From Candidatus Saganbacteria bacterium (GTDB lineage Bacteria; Margulisbacteria; WOR-1; JAKLHX01), in the NCBI GenBank assembly GCA_026387835.1, contig JAPLKZ010000011.1, positions 86,135 through 118,134 of the forward strand: 32,000 nt of DNA, given 5' to 3'. Each line of letters starts with the position of its first letter. The stretch's first letter is position 1. Shown piece by piece: positions 9,688 to 18,656 of the stretch. The notes under the pieces are model-generated. The model searched no databases. It saw only the letters and a list, made by a program, of their open reading frames with translations, and had not been told where the DNA came from. The position numbers were made by a program, and so were the translations under genes.

Positions 9688-10803
9688 TCAGTTATCTTCG
9701 TATTTCACGATGATGGCGTTGCTTACGCCCTGCTGATAGCCCGACGAAGGAAGATTGACCACGACATCATTAACGAACATTGTCGAAGAGCCACCGCCGT
9801 CAAGACCGATCGCATCGCTGCAGCCCAGCTGTTTCATGGTGTCAGCGAGTTCGCTGTAAGTGACTCCCCGTTTCCTTCTCAGGTATCTGGACTGCTTTCC
9901 TTCTACAACCACAAAGATAAGATTATTACCCGAAAGTCCTACAGCGGTGCGCGCCTTCCTGCCGAAAACCTCGCTGTCAAAGTTTTCGGACGCGATGCTG
10001 TCCAACGCAACATTATTCCCATTTTCCAGGAGGCGGGGCCCGCCTGTAACGACCTGCTCATAATTCTCCCATCCCTCTGAAAGCTTATAATTTATCTCGA
10101 TATAGGCTCCCGGGGGAAGCGCGTTGGTGTAATTTTTTGTCCAGCCGTGGAACGATATCACGTAACCGTTCCTTGGGATGGGAGAATTGCCGTCGGAAAT
10201 GCCGACTACCATTCCATCTTCCACGATCACTTCAGAACCGCTGTCATTGGTCCCGGTATTCCAGCCGTATTCCGGAGTGTAGATTATCACCTCGTCCTCT
10301 TTTCTCGGTCTGTTCAGCCCCCAGACAGAGATCTTTTGGCCTGTTTCGAGATTTGTCACGTAACCGACGAACTTCGGGATGCCGAATTTTACCCCGTTTT
10401 TCTTCGAGACGCCGATCGCGGACCTGTTTAAAAGTGATTTTGTGACGATCTTTTTGTCGATGACGATCAGGCCTACGGGAAGATAAGGATAAGTCTTGTC
10501 GAAAAACGTGCCGTTGACTGCCGCAACCGCCCCATTATTGTACGCTATCGAGCTTACGGGACGGAGCCTTCCGACCGCTCCGCGGGCCAGCGCAGCCCTG
10601 ACCTCGATGCTCGGACTTTTAAAGTCTACACTGAGGACATGTATTTTGACCGGTTTATTTCCATTGAAATCTTTACTGAAACTGGAATAGACGATGCCGG
10701 GCAGGACTCCGACATTCTCCGCCGCGATAGTACACCGGCAAAATACCGCCAAGAATAGTATAGAAAAAAATAATCTTTTAATTTTAATCCGCCACCTTGA
10801 CAA
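9688..10803 (-). CDS. Secreted phosphodiester glycosidase / NAGPA-domain family protein
   Basis: N-terminal signal peptide-like segment KRLFFSILFLAVFCRCTIAA. C-terminal RKARTAVGLSGNNLIFVVVEGKQ...DAIGLDGGGSSTMFVNDVVVNLPS matches the NAGPA-like signature. Confidence 0.85.
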   Translation of the reverse strand: MSRWRIKIKRLFFSILFLAVFCRCTIAAENVGVLPGIVYSSFSKDFNGNKPVKIHVLSVDFKSPSIEVRAALARGAVGRLRPVSSIAYNNGAVAAVNGTFFDKTYPYLPVGLIVIDKKIVTKSLLNRSAIGVSKKNGVKFGIPKFVGYVTNLETGQKISVWGLNRPRKEDEVIIYTPEYGWNTGTNDSGSEVIVEDGMVVGISDGNSPIPRNGYVISFHGWTKNYTNALPPGAYIEINYKLSEGWENYEQVVTGGPRLLENGNNVALDSIASENFDSEVFGRKARTAVGLSGNNLIFVVVEGKQSRYLRRKRGVTYSELADTMKQLGCSDAIGLDGGGSSTMFVNDVVVNLPSSGYQQGVSNAIIVKYEDN

Positions 10804-13501
10804 GTTTCATAGAAACGAGCTTTGATATCCCGGGCTCTTCCATTGTAATGCCATACAGCGTGCCGGCGCTTGCCATGGTCCTTTTGCTGTGTGTGATGAC
10901 GACCGCCTGCATGTTTGAAGAGAACTCTTTAAGGAGCTTGCCGAAACGGATCGTGTTTATCTCGTCCAGGGCGGCGTCCACTTCGTCCATAAAGCAGAAA
11001 GGGCCGGGATTTATTTTCATAAGGGAGAACAATATTGCTATAGCCGTAAGGGCTTTTTCACCACCGGACATAAGAGAGATATTAAGCCATTTCTTGCCCG
11101 ACGGCCTTGCCATGATATCTATCCCGGCTTCAAGCACGTCGCCGGGCGCAAGCTCTATCCTTGCTTCTCCTCCCTCGAACAGCGACGTGAATATTTCGGA
11201 AAAATATCTGTTGACATCGGAGATCATAGCGGAGAATTTCTGTCTTGCTTCGCCGTCAAGGTCCCTGATCAGGCTGTTCAGGTTACCCCTTGCGCTCACA
11301 AGATCGTTGTACTGGGTCTCTATGAACGAAAGGCGTTCTTTCGACGCCTCGAATTCCTCTACAGCAAGAAGGTTCACGGGGCCGATAGCCCTTATCCCGC
11401 TCTTCAGTGTCTCTATCTCTTCTTTTGCCCTTGAAGCATTGGGAGCTTCCGGCAGTTCGCTTTCCAGCACCTGTCCGCAGGACAATTGATATTCCTGTTC
11501 CATGAGCATCGCTATGGCGTTCAGTTCACCCTCGATCTTTGCGAGGCCGACCTCTTCTTTTGCCAGTTCGTCGCGGACCACCCTTTCCTCGCCGGTCATG
11601 GACCTTATCTTTTCTTCAAGAGCCTCAAGTTTGGCCTGCTTGGCCGCTTTTTCGGATAAAAGGGCCTGAAGCTTTGCCTCAATAACCTTTTCTTCGCCGG
11701 CGAACTTAGGCAGGATAGCTTCACAGCCATCTATCTCTTTCTGCGCAGCTATCAGTCTTTCTGAAAGAGATATGATCTCGGATCCTTTATCTTTGATATC
11801 GCTTTCCGCGGCTGAGGTCTCAGCCCGGATGCTTTCGATCTCGTCTCTTTTTTGTTTTGATGTATCGTCAAAATTCGAGCAGTTGAGCCTGGTTTCGGCA
11901 AGCGCGGCAATGGCTTTTTCTTTCTCGAGATTAAGGTCCGCGGTCTTTTTCTCAAGTTCCCTGAACATATCGCTCATCTCCAGGGAGCTTGACTCAAGCC
12001 TTGAAAGCGAATCTTTTTCTTGTTCCCTCTGTATCAGGATCATTTCCAGATGTGCTTTTTTATCGGAGATGTTCTTTTCGAGGACGCCAATTTCCATGTC
12101 GATCTTTTTGAATATCGCGTCCTTCCTGGAAATTATGCTGCGCTTTATATCTTCGGAGACCCCCGAAAGGCCTTCCATCTCCTTTTCCAGGGACATAATA
12201 TCCTCTTTAAGTCCCCTCAGATTATCGAGGAATGCCTTATCCTTAGAGATTGTTTCCTCGGTGAAATTTACGGCGAGGGCAATTTCCTTAAGCGAATGTC
12301 TCTTTGAAGATAATTCAATGTCCTTTTCGTGGATAGGGTTTTTCAGGCTGCTCCAGTTGCGCAAAGCATCCTCTGTCTTTTTATTGACCTCGTCAAGGGT
12401 CTTTTTTGCCTCATCAAGAAGGAATTTAGGGTCCTTCTGCCTGTCAAGGAACGATCCGATCTCTTTTTCTTTTATATCGAGCTTTTGGAGTTTTGCTCCA
12501 AGGAGAGTCCCGATCTTTTCATTTTCCTTTTTTATCTCGGAGATCCTTTCCGTAAGCTGGGATATCCTTTCTTTCCCGACATTGATACTGCCTTTGGCTT
12601 CTTCAAAAGATCCCCTAAGCCGCGAGATTTCAGACCTTGCAGCATCTATCAGAGCGTCGATCTCTTTAAGTTTATTCCTGATCTTCGACCTGTCGTCTTC
12701 TTCTTTCAGCGTGACGGCTTCGCTTCCGGAGGTCTTTTTTTTCAGATCATCGATCCTTGCAAGAAAACCGTTCCTTTTTTCTTCGAGCGAGCGCAGCAAT
12801 TTTTTCCCGAGGCCGATCTCGAGGGCCATTAATCTTTCTTTCAAGTCAAGATATTCTCTGGCTTTTTCTGCCTGGGTCTCAAGGGATGAAAGGTTGTCTT
12901 TGATCTCCCCGCGGAGGTCATTTATCCTCAGAAGGTTCTGCTCGGTGCCTATCAGCCTTCTCTCGGCCGCTCTTTTTCTGAACTTGTATTTGCCGATAGC
13001 CGCTGCTTCCTCGAATACCTGGCGCCTGTCCTCCGGTCTTGAGCTCAGGATCGAATCGATCTGCCCCTGGTTGACGATGGAATATGCCCCGTTACCTATG
13101 CCGGTATCCATAAACAGCTCTTTTATATCCTTAAGGCGGCAAAGGTTCTTGTTTATATAGAATTCGCTTTCCCCGGACCTGAAGACCCTTCTTTTTATCT
13201 GGATCTCGCTGTAATCAGTCTTAAGGCGGCGGTCGGAATTATCTATAACGATAGAGACCTCGGCAAGCGAAAGGGCCTTTCGGCCGCTGCTGCCTGCAAA
13301 GATCACATCTTCAAGACTTTCTCCCCTCAGATCCTTCATGCTCTGTTCCCCGAGAACGAACCTCAGGGCGTCGACGACATTTGATTTTCCGCAGCCGTTG
13401 GGGCCGACGATAGCAGTGATTGACGGCGGAGAATCGATCAAAAGCGAGGTCTTATCTGCGAAAGTCTTGAACCCGCGTAATGTAAGTTCTTTTAAACGCA
13501 A
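10784..13501 (-). CDS. smc: SMC-family chromosome segregation ATPase, about 905 aa, without a recognisable hinge domain
   Basis: LRGFKTFADKT...IVGPNGCGKSNVVDALRFVLGEQS (Walker A), NQGQIDSILSSRPEDRR, AIGPVNLLAVEEFE, LMSGGEKALTAIAILFSL (signature), PFCFMDEVDAALDEIN (Walker B), with an uninterrupted charged coiled-coil-like centre. Confidence 0.93.
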   Translation of the reverse strand: MRLKELTLRGFKTFADKTSLLIDSPPSITAIVGPNGCGKSNVVDALRFVLGEQSMKDLRGESLEDVIFAGSSGRKALSLAEVSIVIDNSDRRLKTDYSEIQIKRRVFRSGESEFYINKNLCRLKDIKELFMDTGIGNGAYSIVNQGQIDSILSSRPEDRRQVFEEAAAIGKYKFRKRAAERRLIGTEQNLLRINDLRGEIKDNLSSLETQAEKAREYLDLKERLMALEIGLGKKLLRSLEEKRNGFLARIDDLKKKTSGSEAVTLKEEDDRSKIRNKLKEIDALIDAARSEISRLRGSFEEAKGSINVGKERISQLTERISEIKKENEKIGTLLGAKLQKLDIKEKEIGSFLDRQKDPKFLLDEAKKTLDEVNKKTEDALRNWSSLKNPIHEKDIELSSKRHSLKEIALAVNFTEETISKDKAFLDNLRGLKEDIMSLEKEMEGLSGVSEDIKRSIISRKDAIFKKIDMEIGVLEKNISDKKAHLEMILIQREQEKDSLSRLESSSLEMSDMFRELEKKTADLNLEKEKAIAALAETRLNCSNFDDTSKQKRDEIESIRAETSAAESDIKDKGSEIISLSERLIAAQKEIDGCEAILPKFAGEEKVIEAKLQALLSEKAAKQAKLEALEEKIRSMTGEERVVRDELAKEEVGLAKIEGELNAIAMLMEQEYQLSCGQVLESELPEAPNASRAKEEIETLKSGIRAIGPVNLLAVEEFEASKERLSFIETQYNDLVSARGNLNSLIRDLDGEARQKFSAMISDVNRYFSEIFTSLFEGGEARIELAPGDVLEAGIDIMARPSGKKWLNISLMSGGEKALTAIAILFSLMKINPGPFCFMDEVDAALDEINTIRFGKLLKEFSSNMQAVVITHSKRTMASAGTLYGITMEEPGISKLVSMKLVKVAD

Positions 13502-13524
13502 TCTAAGGTCCCTTCTTAAGGCAA

Positions 13525-13554
13525 ATTATAACACAATAAAAAATTTCCGGTCAA
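13525..13554 (-). promoter_or_regulatory. Candidate sigma70-type promoter for smc
   Basis: Minus strand TTGACC (13554-13549), 18-nt spacer, TATAAT (13530-13525), just upstream of the smc start at 13501. Confidence 0.5.
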
Positions 13555-13610
13555 ATAAAACTCCTCGTTCCGGTAAATAAACACGTCAAAAATGTAGTAA
13601 AATAGATATA

Positions 13611-15809
13611 GTGCTGTCAACATTTACTATCTTAAGCATTTTTATCGAAATATTTGCGGCATTGATACTAATTGCCGGGGCCTACACATTAATAATAAAA
13701 TTAGTGCAGACCCGTGCAAAAGAAGACCTGCTCCTGTCTATTATCTTCAGTTTATTAAGCCTTTATCTTATCGGGACCATAAGTTCCCAACTGATGTTCA
13801 ATATCGGACTTTATATGTCGACCCTGATAATTCTGCAGAGAGCGATGAACGGCCTGTTTGCGCTATGTTCGGTTTTTATCGTAGTTTTTGCCTGCAAGGT
13901 GGCAGGCCTAAAGATCAGGTGGTCTTTGCCTGTGACGGCTCTTTTTTTCGCCTTTCTTGTCGCATTGATAATTACGTCTCCGATAAATCTGATATACAGG
14001 TTTGACATAACGGAACCGATAGTTAAATTTTACGGACTAACATTCACCCGTTATTTCTGGATAGTGTCATGGGTCTTTCTCGGCTCGGTTCTTTTGAATA
14101 AGTCCAGAAAACCGCAGCAATTTCAGGAAAGAAAGCTGTTGCGGTTATCAGGCTTTTCGTCTTTGTCCGTCGCTTTGGGGTACAGCCTCTATTTAGTGTA
14201 TATTGTATCTAACAACGGCATTTTCTTATTGTCTTCGTGGCTGATAACCTTTTTTTCTTTTTCAGGGTTTTTGATAGGGAATATAATCTCTCCTAATGAC
14301 CCCATCGCAGAAAAACCGCTGGATATATTAAAGACCAGGATACTTTTCAAGCTGGCCATGCTTTTTGTGCTTATGATCGTCATCATAGTAGAAACGACAT
14401 CGATCGCCACGATAAGCATATTGAGGGTATCACTTTCAAAGGCGGTCGTGGAAAGGGACAGGCAGATAGCCTTGGGTATTTCCGACAGAGTGGAGTATTA
14501 TCTGAAACAGGGCAAGAAATCGGACGAAGTGATCCTCCAGCTCCAGGCGGATGTTGAAAACATCAGTTTTTCACAGAGAAGGATAATAGGTGTCGTGGAT
14601 TCAAACGGCAGGCTGATCGCGCATTCGGATCCACAGAGAACTGCTTTGAGGGAAGACCTCAGCATGCTTTCTCCCATAATGAAAGTCTTGTCGGGAAAGT
14701 CCGGTTGGGAGACGTTTTTTGACGAATCCAACGGCCGGATGGTAGGCGCATTCCTGCCGGTGTATTCAACGGGATGGGGGATCCTTGTGACAGAGCCGAT
14801 AACACAGGCATACGCGGAGACCAGAAGGATGGAAACAAGCTCGCTTATATTCGTGATACTCGGCATAATAATCGCGGTGATAGTGGGACTGATATCTGCC
14901 AAGAGGATCGAACTTCCTATAAACGCCATCATTTTTGGCACGGAGCAGATCCGGAAAGGCAACCTGAAATATCAGATAGTGACCGACTCGATCGATGAAA
15001 TAGGCCGGCTGGCGAAGGAATTCAACAGCATGACGGCGGAACTTAAGGAAAGCCAGGACCATCTTATAGCTTCAGAAAAACTTGCGGCCCTGGGAGCCAT
15101 GGCGGCCGGTATGGCGCATGAAATAAAAAACCCGCTTGTCGCGCTCAGGACGTTTACCCAGCTTTTTCCGATGAAATGGGAGGACAAAGATTTCAGGGAT
15201 AAATTTTCGGCTATTGTCCCTGCTGAAATTGACAAAATAAACAAGATAGCCGAAAACCTTTTGAAGTTCGGGAAACCCTCAAAACCCGAGTTCAAACACA
15301 CCAGCATAAACGCAGTCCTTGAAGAAGTCCTTGATCTTTTGGATAACCAGTTCAAGAAGAACAATATCAGGGTGGCTACAAAAATGATACAGCTCCCTAT
15401 GATAAACGGCGACCCCGGGCAGCTTTCCCAGGCATTTCTGAATATTGTCCTTAATGCTTCTCAGGCGATGCCAAACGGCGGTGAGCTTACGGTCAAGACC
15501 GATATAGGCCATGTAATCCAACTGGGAACGCTTACCAAGGACAGTTTAGCCGAAGTTAAAAAGATCGCGGATAAAGCTTCGGGCAGTGAAGTCCCTGTAG
15601 TATTTGTCGAGATCACTGATACGGGAAGCGGTATTTCCGAAGAAAAAATGAAGAACATGTTCGATCCGTTTTTTACTACAAAAGAAAGCGGTACCGGAAT
15701 GGGGCTGCCTATTACTTTAAGGATAATCGAAGAGCACAAAGGTTCAATAAAAGTAAAAAGTCAGGTTGGGAAGGGTACGACTTTTATTATTATCCTGCCT
15801 CAAGCATAG
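13611..15809 (+). CDS. Membrane sensor histidine kinase (multi-TM N-terminus, extracytoplasmic sensor, HAMP, HisKA, HATPase)
   Basis: Several N-terminal TM segments, a second TM pair around an extracytoplasmic segment, LGAMAAGMAHEIKNPLVALRTF (H box), NIVLNASQAMPNGG (N box), ITDTGSGISEEKMKNMFDPFFTTKESGTGMGLPI (G and F boxes). Confidence 0.93.
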   Translation: MLSTFTILSIFIEIFAALILIAGAYTLIIKLVQTRAKEDLLLSIIFSLLSLYLIGTISSQLMFNIGLYMSTLIILQRAMNGLFALCSVFIVVFACKVAGLKIRWSLPVTALFFAFLVALIITSPINLIYRFDITEPIVKFYGLTFTRYFWIVSWVFLGSVLLNKSRKPQQFQERKLLRLSGFSSLSVALGYSLYLVYIVSNNGIFLLSSWLITFFSFSGFLIGNIISPNDPIAEKPLDILKTRILFKLAMLFVLMIVIIVETTSIATISILRVSLSKAVVERDRQIALGISDRVEYYLKQGKKSDEVILQLQADVENISFSQRRIIGVVDSNGRLIAHSDPQRTALREDLSMLSPIMKVLSGKSGWETFFDESNGRMVGAFLPVYSTGWGILVTEPITQAYAETRRMETSSLIFVILGIIIAVIVGLISAKRIELPINAIIFGTEQIRKGNLKYQIVTDSIDEIGRLAKEFNSMTAELKESQDHLIASEKLAALGAMAAGMAHEIKNPLVALRTFTQLFPMKWEDKDFRDKFSAIVPAEIDKINKIAENLLKFGKPSKPEFKHTSINAVLEEVLDLLDNQFKKNNIRVATKMIQLPMINGDPGQLSQAFLNIVLNASQAMPNGGELTVKTDIGHVIQLGTLTKDSLAEVKKIADKASGSEVPVVFVEITDTGSGISEEKMKNMFDPFFTTKESGTGMGLPITLRIIEEHKGSIKVKSQVGKGTTFIIILPQA

Positions 15810-15814
15810 AAGAA

Positions 15815-16042
15815 TTAAGTTGTATAGAACACTTGCGTAGCTAATGTCGGGTTAAATTCTTTTGTAATGCTCAGCTTTTTTGCATCTTCATCATTTAGGA
15901 TAGTTGCAAATTGTCCGTTTGATGTGTCTTGTATATTTCTAGCATCACGCGCATAACCATCAAGTTGTATATTTCCGGCCTCCATTTTTGCAACCGCCAC
16001 TTGAAAGTTATTGTTAACAGACATATCGTTTGTTATAGCCAT
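15815..16042 (-). CDS. Small hypothetical protein (75 aa)
   Basis: Open frame filling the gap between two plus-strand genes. Weak purine-rich stretch (AAAAGGGGA) upstream of the ATG. No family recognised. Confidence 0.4.
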   Translation of the reverse strand: MAITNDMSVNNNFQVAVAKMEAGNIQLDGYARDARNIQDTSNGQFATILNDEDAKKLSITKEFNPTLATQVFYTT

Positions 16043-16106
16043 ATAGAGAGTCCCCTTTTGAGCCTCTACATACTGTATATCGTGGTCATATGCAAAAAAC
16101 TTGCAT

Positions 16107-16136
16107 TTGATTTAATACCTTATATTTTGCTATAAT
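16107..16136 (+). promoter_or_regulatory. Candidate sigma70-type promoter for clpC
   Basis: TTGATT (16107-16112), 18-nt spacer, TATAAT (16131-16136), AGGAG downstream, ATG at 16161. Confidence 0.5.
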
Positions 16137-16160
16137 CTTAGCCAGGAGTCAAGATATAAT

Positions 16161-18656
16161 ATGGCAATGTTCGAACGTTTTACGGAAAGGGCTGTCAGGG
16201 TCATAATGTCATCACAGGAAGAAGCAAGAAGACTGCTCTCGGTATCAGTAGGAACAGAGCACCTTTTGCTTGGGATGATAAAAGAAAAAGAACCCATCGT
16301 TTTGAAAACCCTCGAGTATTTTAGGCTTGATATAGCCCAAATAAAGAACAAGATAGAAGAAATGCTGAAAAATGAAAATCCAACCCATTCACCCGAGATA
16401 CCGTTTTCTGCCCAACTTAAGCGAAATATTGAACTTGCCTGGGATGAGGCCCGCCAGCTTGGTCATTCTTATGTAGGAGTCGAGCATCTGCTTATGGGTC
16501 TTTTAAGAGAAGGCAGCGGCATAGCCGGAAAAGTCCTTAATGATCTCGGAATAACCTATTCCGGGGCAAAAAACAGGATAATAGCGTTCCTGGGAGAGGA
16601 GACCTCTTTCCAAAGAAGAGGGGGAAGGGCCGCAACTGCGACGCCAGTGCTTGACAGCTTCAGCCGCGATCTTACGGCTTTTGCCAGGGAGAACAAACTT
16701 GACCCTGTAGTGGGCCGGGACAAGGAAATAGAAAGGGTTATACAGATACTTTCAAGAAGAAAAAAGAACAACCCTGTCCTTACCGGAGAAGCCGGAGTGG
16801 GGAAGACCGCAATCGTCGAAGGACTTGCCCAAAAGATCGTTTCTGGCGATATACCGCCGACCTTGATGAGCAAACGGCTTATGACCCTTGACCTCGGTCT
16901 TTTGATAGCGGGCACAAAATACAGGGGTGAGTTCGAAGAAAGGCTGAAAAGGATAATAGAAGAAGTACGCAAAGCTGATAATATCATCCTCTTTATTGAT
17001 GAACTGCACACGATAATCGGGGCCGGAGCCGCCGAAGGCGCTATGGATGCGGCCAATATGCTCAAACCCCCGCTGGCAAGGGGCGAGATGCAGTGTATAG
17101 GAGCGACCACTTTTGACGAATACAGGAAAAAGATCGAGGGAGATCCCGCCCTTGAGCGGAGGTTCCAGTCAGTAAAAGTAGATGAGCCCAGCGTGAAAGG
17201 CACGATAGAGATACTGAAAGGCTTAAGGCCCAAATACGAAGATTTTCATAAAGTGACAATAACCGATAAAGCGCTTGAATATGCCGCAAAGCTTTCCGCG
17301 CAATACATTATTGACCGGCATCTTCCCGATAAAGCGATAGACCTCATCGACGAGGCATCGGCAAAGGTCATGCTTAAATATATCAGTTCACCGCCGGAGC
17401 TCGTGGAGCTGAACAAAGAAATAGAGAATGTAAGAGGTGAAAAGGAAAATGCCGCCCGGCAGCAGCAGTTCGAAAAAGCCGCAGAGCTCAGGGACAAGGA
17501 GGAAAGGCTCCTTCTGGAATATCAATCAATGACACAGGACAAGATACCTTCCGATAAGGCTGGGCGTCCTACGGTCGATGAAGAATCGATAGCCCATGTC
17601 GTCTCTTCATGGACAGGGGTCCCGGTCACGCAATTGAGCGAGGAAGAGACAAAAAGGCTGCTTAAGATGGAAGAAGAGCTAAAAAAACATATTGTGGGAC
17701 AGGAAGAAGCGATCGTTTCCCTGTCAAAATCCATCAGGCGTTCAAGGGCGGGACTAAAGAACCCTCACAGGCCTATAGGATCGTTCCTTTTTATGGGGCC
17801 TTCGGGTGTCGGCAAGACGGAGCTTGCAAAAAGGCTTGCGGAGTTCATGTTCAACGACATTGAAGCAATGGTGAGGGTCGACATGTCCGAATATCTCGAA
17901 TCACATACTGTCTCCAGGCTTGTGGGGTCCCCTCCGGGTTATGTGGGATTCGGAGAAGGCGGTCAGCTGACAGAACCGGTCAGAAGAAGGCCGCATTCGG
18001 TCGTTCTTCTTGACGAGATCGAAAAAGCAAACCAGCAGGTCTTGAACATACTCCTTCAGGTCCTTGACGACGGAAGGCTCACGGATGCCCAGGGACGCGA
18101 AGTGGATTTCAGGAACACGATAGTGATCATGACATCTAATATCGGGGCGGAACATATAAGAAAAGAATCAACATTCGGGTTCGTGACGCGTGATGACGCG
18201 AGTGCCGGCTACGACAGGATGAAGGAAAAGATTCTTGAAGAAATGAAGAAAGATTTCAAGCCGGAGTTCCTGAACAGGATAGACGAGTCGATAGTGTTTC
18301 ATCCGCTCTCAAAGGAAGACCTTCTGCAGATAGTTGACATCATGATGCGGGAGGTAAATCAAAGGATAGAAGACAAGGGCATCACCGTGGAACTGAACGA
18401 AAAGGCAAGGCAGCTTCTTGCCGAAAAGGGCTATGACTCTAAACTCGGGGCTCGGCCTCTGCGCAGGGTGATCGAAAATAATATCGAAGAACCTCTGGCA
18501 GAAGGATTGCTCAGCGGCGAGTTCACCCAAAACAGCATTATAAAAGCAACTGTCAAAGAAGACAAGATAATATTTTCATCAAAACAAGCCAAAAAAAAAG
18601 CCGCAAAGGAAAAAACAGCATCCCCTCAGGAAGAGCTTGAGACCGCCGGAAAATAA
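16161..18656 (+). CDS. clpC: ATP-dependent Clp protease ATP-binding subunit ClpC
   Basis: Clp N-terminal repeats (FERFTERAVRVIMSSQEEARRL...GTEHLLLGMIKE), GEAGVGKTAIVEGLAQ, UVR-like middle segment, GPSGVGKTELAKRLAEFMF, KPEFLNRIDESIVFHPL. Confidence 0.96.
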   Translation: MAMFERFTERAVRVIMSSQEEARRLLSVSVGTEHLLLGMIKEKEPIVLKTLEYFRLDIAQIKNKIEEMLKNENPTHSPEIPFSAQLKRNIELAWDEARQLGHSYVGVEHLLMGLLREGSGIAGKVLNDLGITYSGAKNRIIAFLGEETSFQRRGGRAATATPVLDSFSRDLTAFARENKLDPVVGRDKEIERVIQILSRRKKNNPVLTGEAGVGKTAIVEGLAQKIVSGDIPPTLMSKRLMTLDLGLLIAGTKYRGEFEERLKRIIEEVRKADNIILFIDELHTIIGAGAAEGAMDAANMLKPPLARGEMQCIGATTFDEYRKKIEGDPALERRFQSVKVDEPSVKGTIEILKGLRPKYEDFHKVTITDKALEYAAKLSAQYIIDRHLPDKAIDLIDEASAKVMLKYISSPPELVELNKEIENVRGEKENAARQQQFEKAAELRDKEERLLLEYQSMTQDKIPSDKAGRPTVDEESIAHVVSSWTGVPVTQLSEEETKRLLKMEEELKKHIVGQEEAIVSLSKSIRRSRAGLKNPHRPIGSFLFMGPSGVGKTELAKRLAEFMFNDIEAMVRVDMSEYLESHTVSRLVGSPPGYVGFGEGGQLTEPVRRRPHSVVLLDEIEKANQQVLNILLQVLDDGRLTDAQGREVDFRNTIVIMTSNIGAEHIRKESTFGFVTRDDASAGYDRMKEKILEEMKKDFKPEFLNRIDESIVFHPLSKEDLLQIVDIMMREVNQRIEDKGITVELNEKARQLLAEKGYDSKLGARPLRRVIENNIEEPLAEGLLSGEFTQNSIIKATVKEDKIIFSSKQAKKKAAKEKTASPQEELETAGK

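Noticed and set aside
12329-12832. Plus-strand 167-aa ORF opposite smc
   Set aside because: Another shadow frame of smc without recognisable features.
11772-13160. Long plus-strand ORF (462 aa, Ser/Leu/Phe rich) opposite smc
   Set aside because: Antisense shadow of the coiled-coil-coding smc. Low-complexity composition, no domain motifs, and the sense frame is unmistakable.
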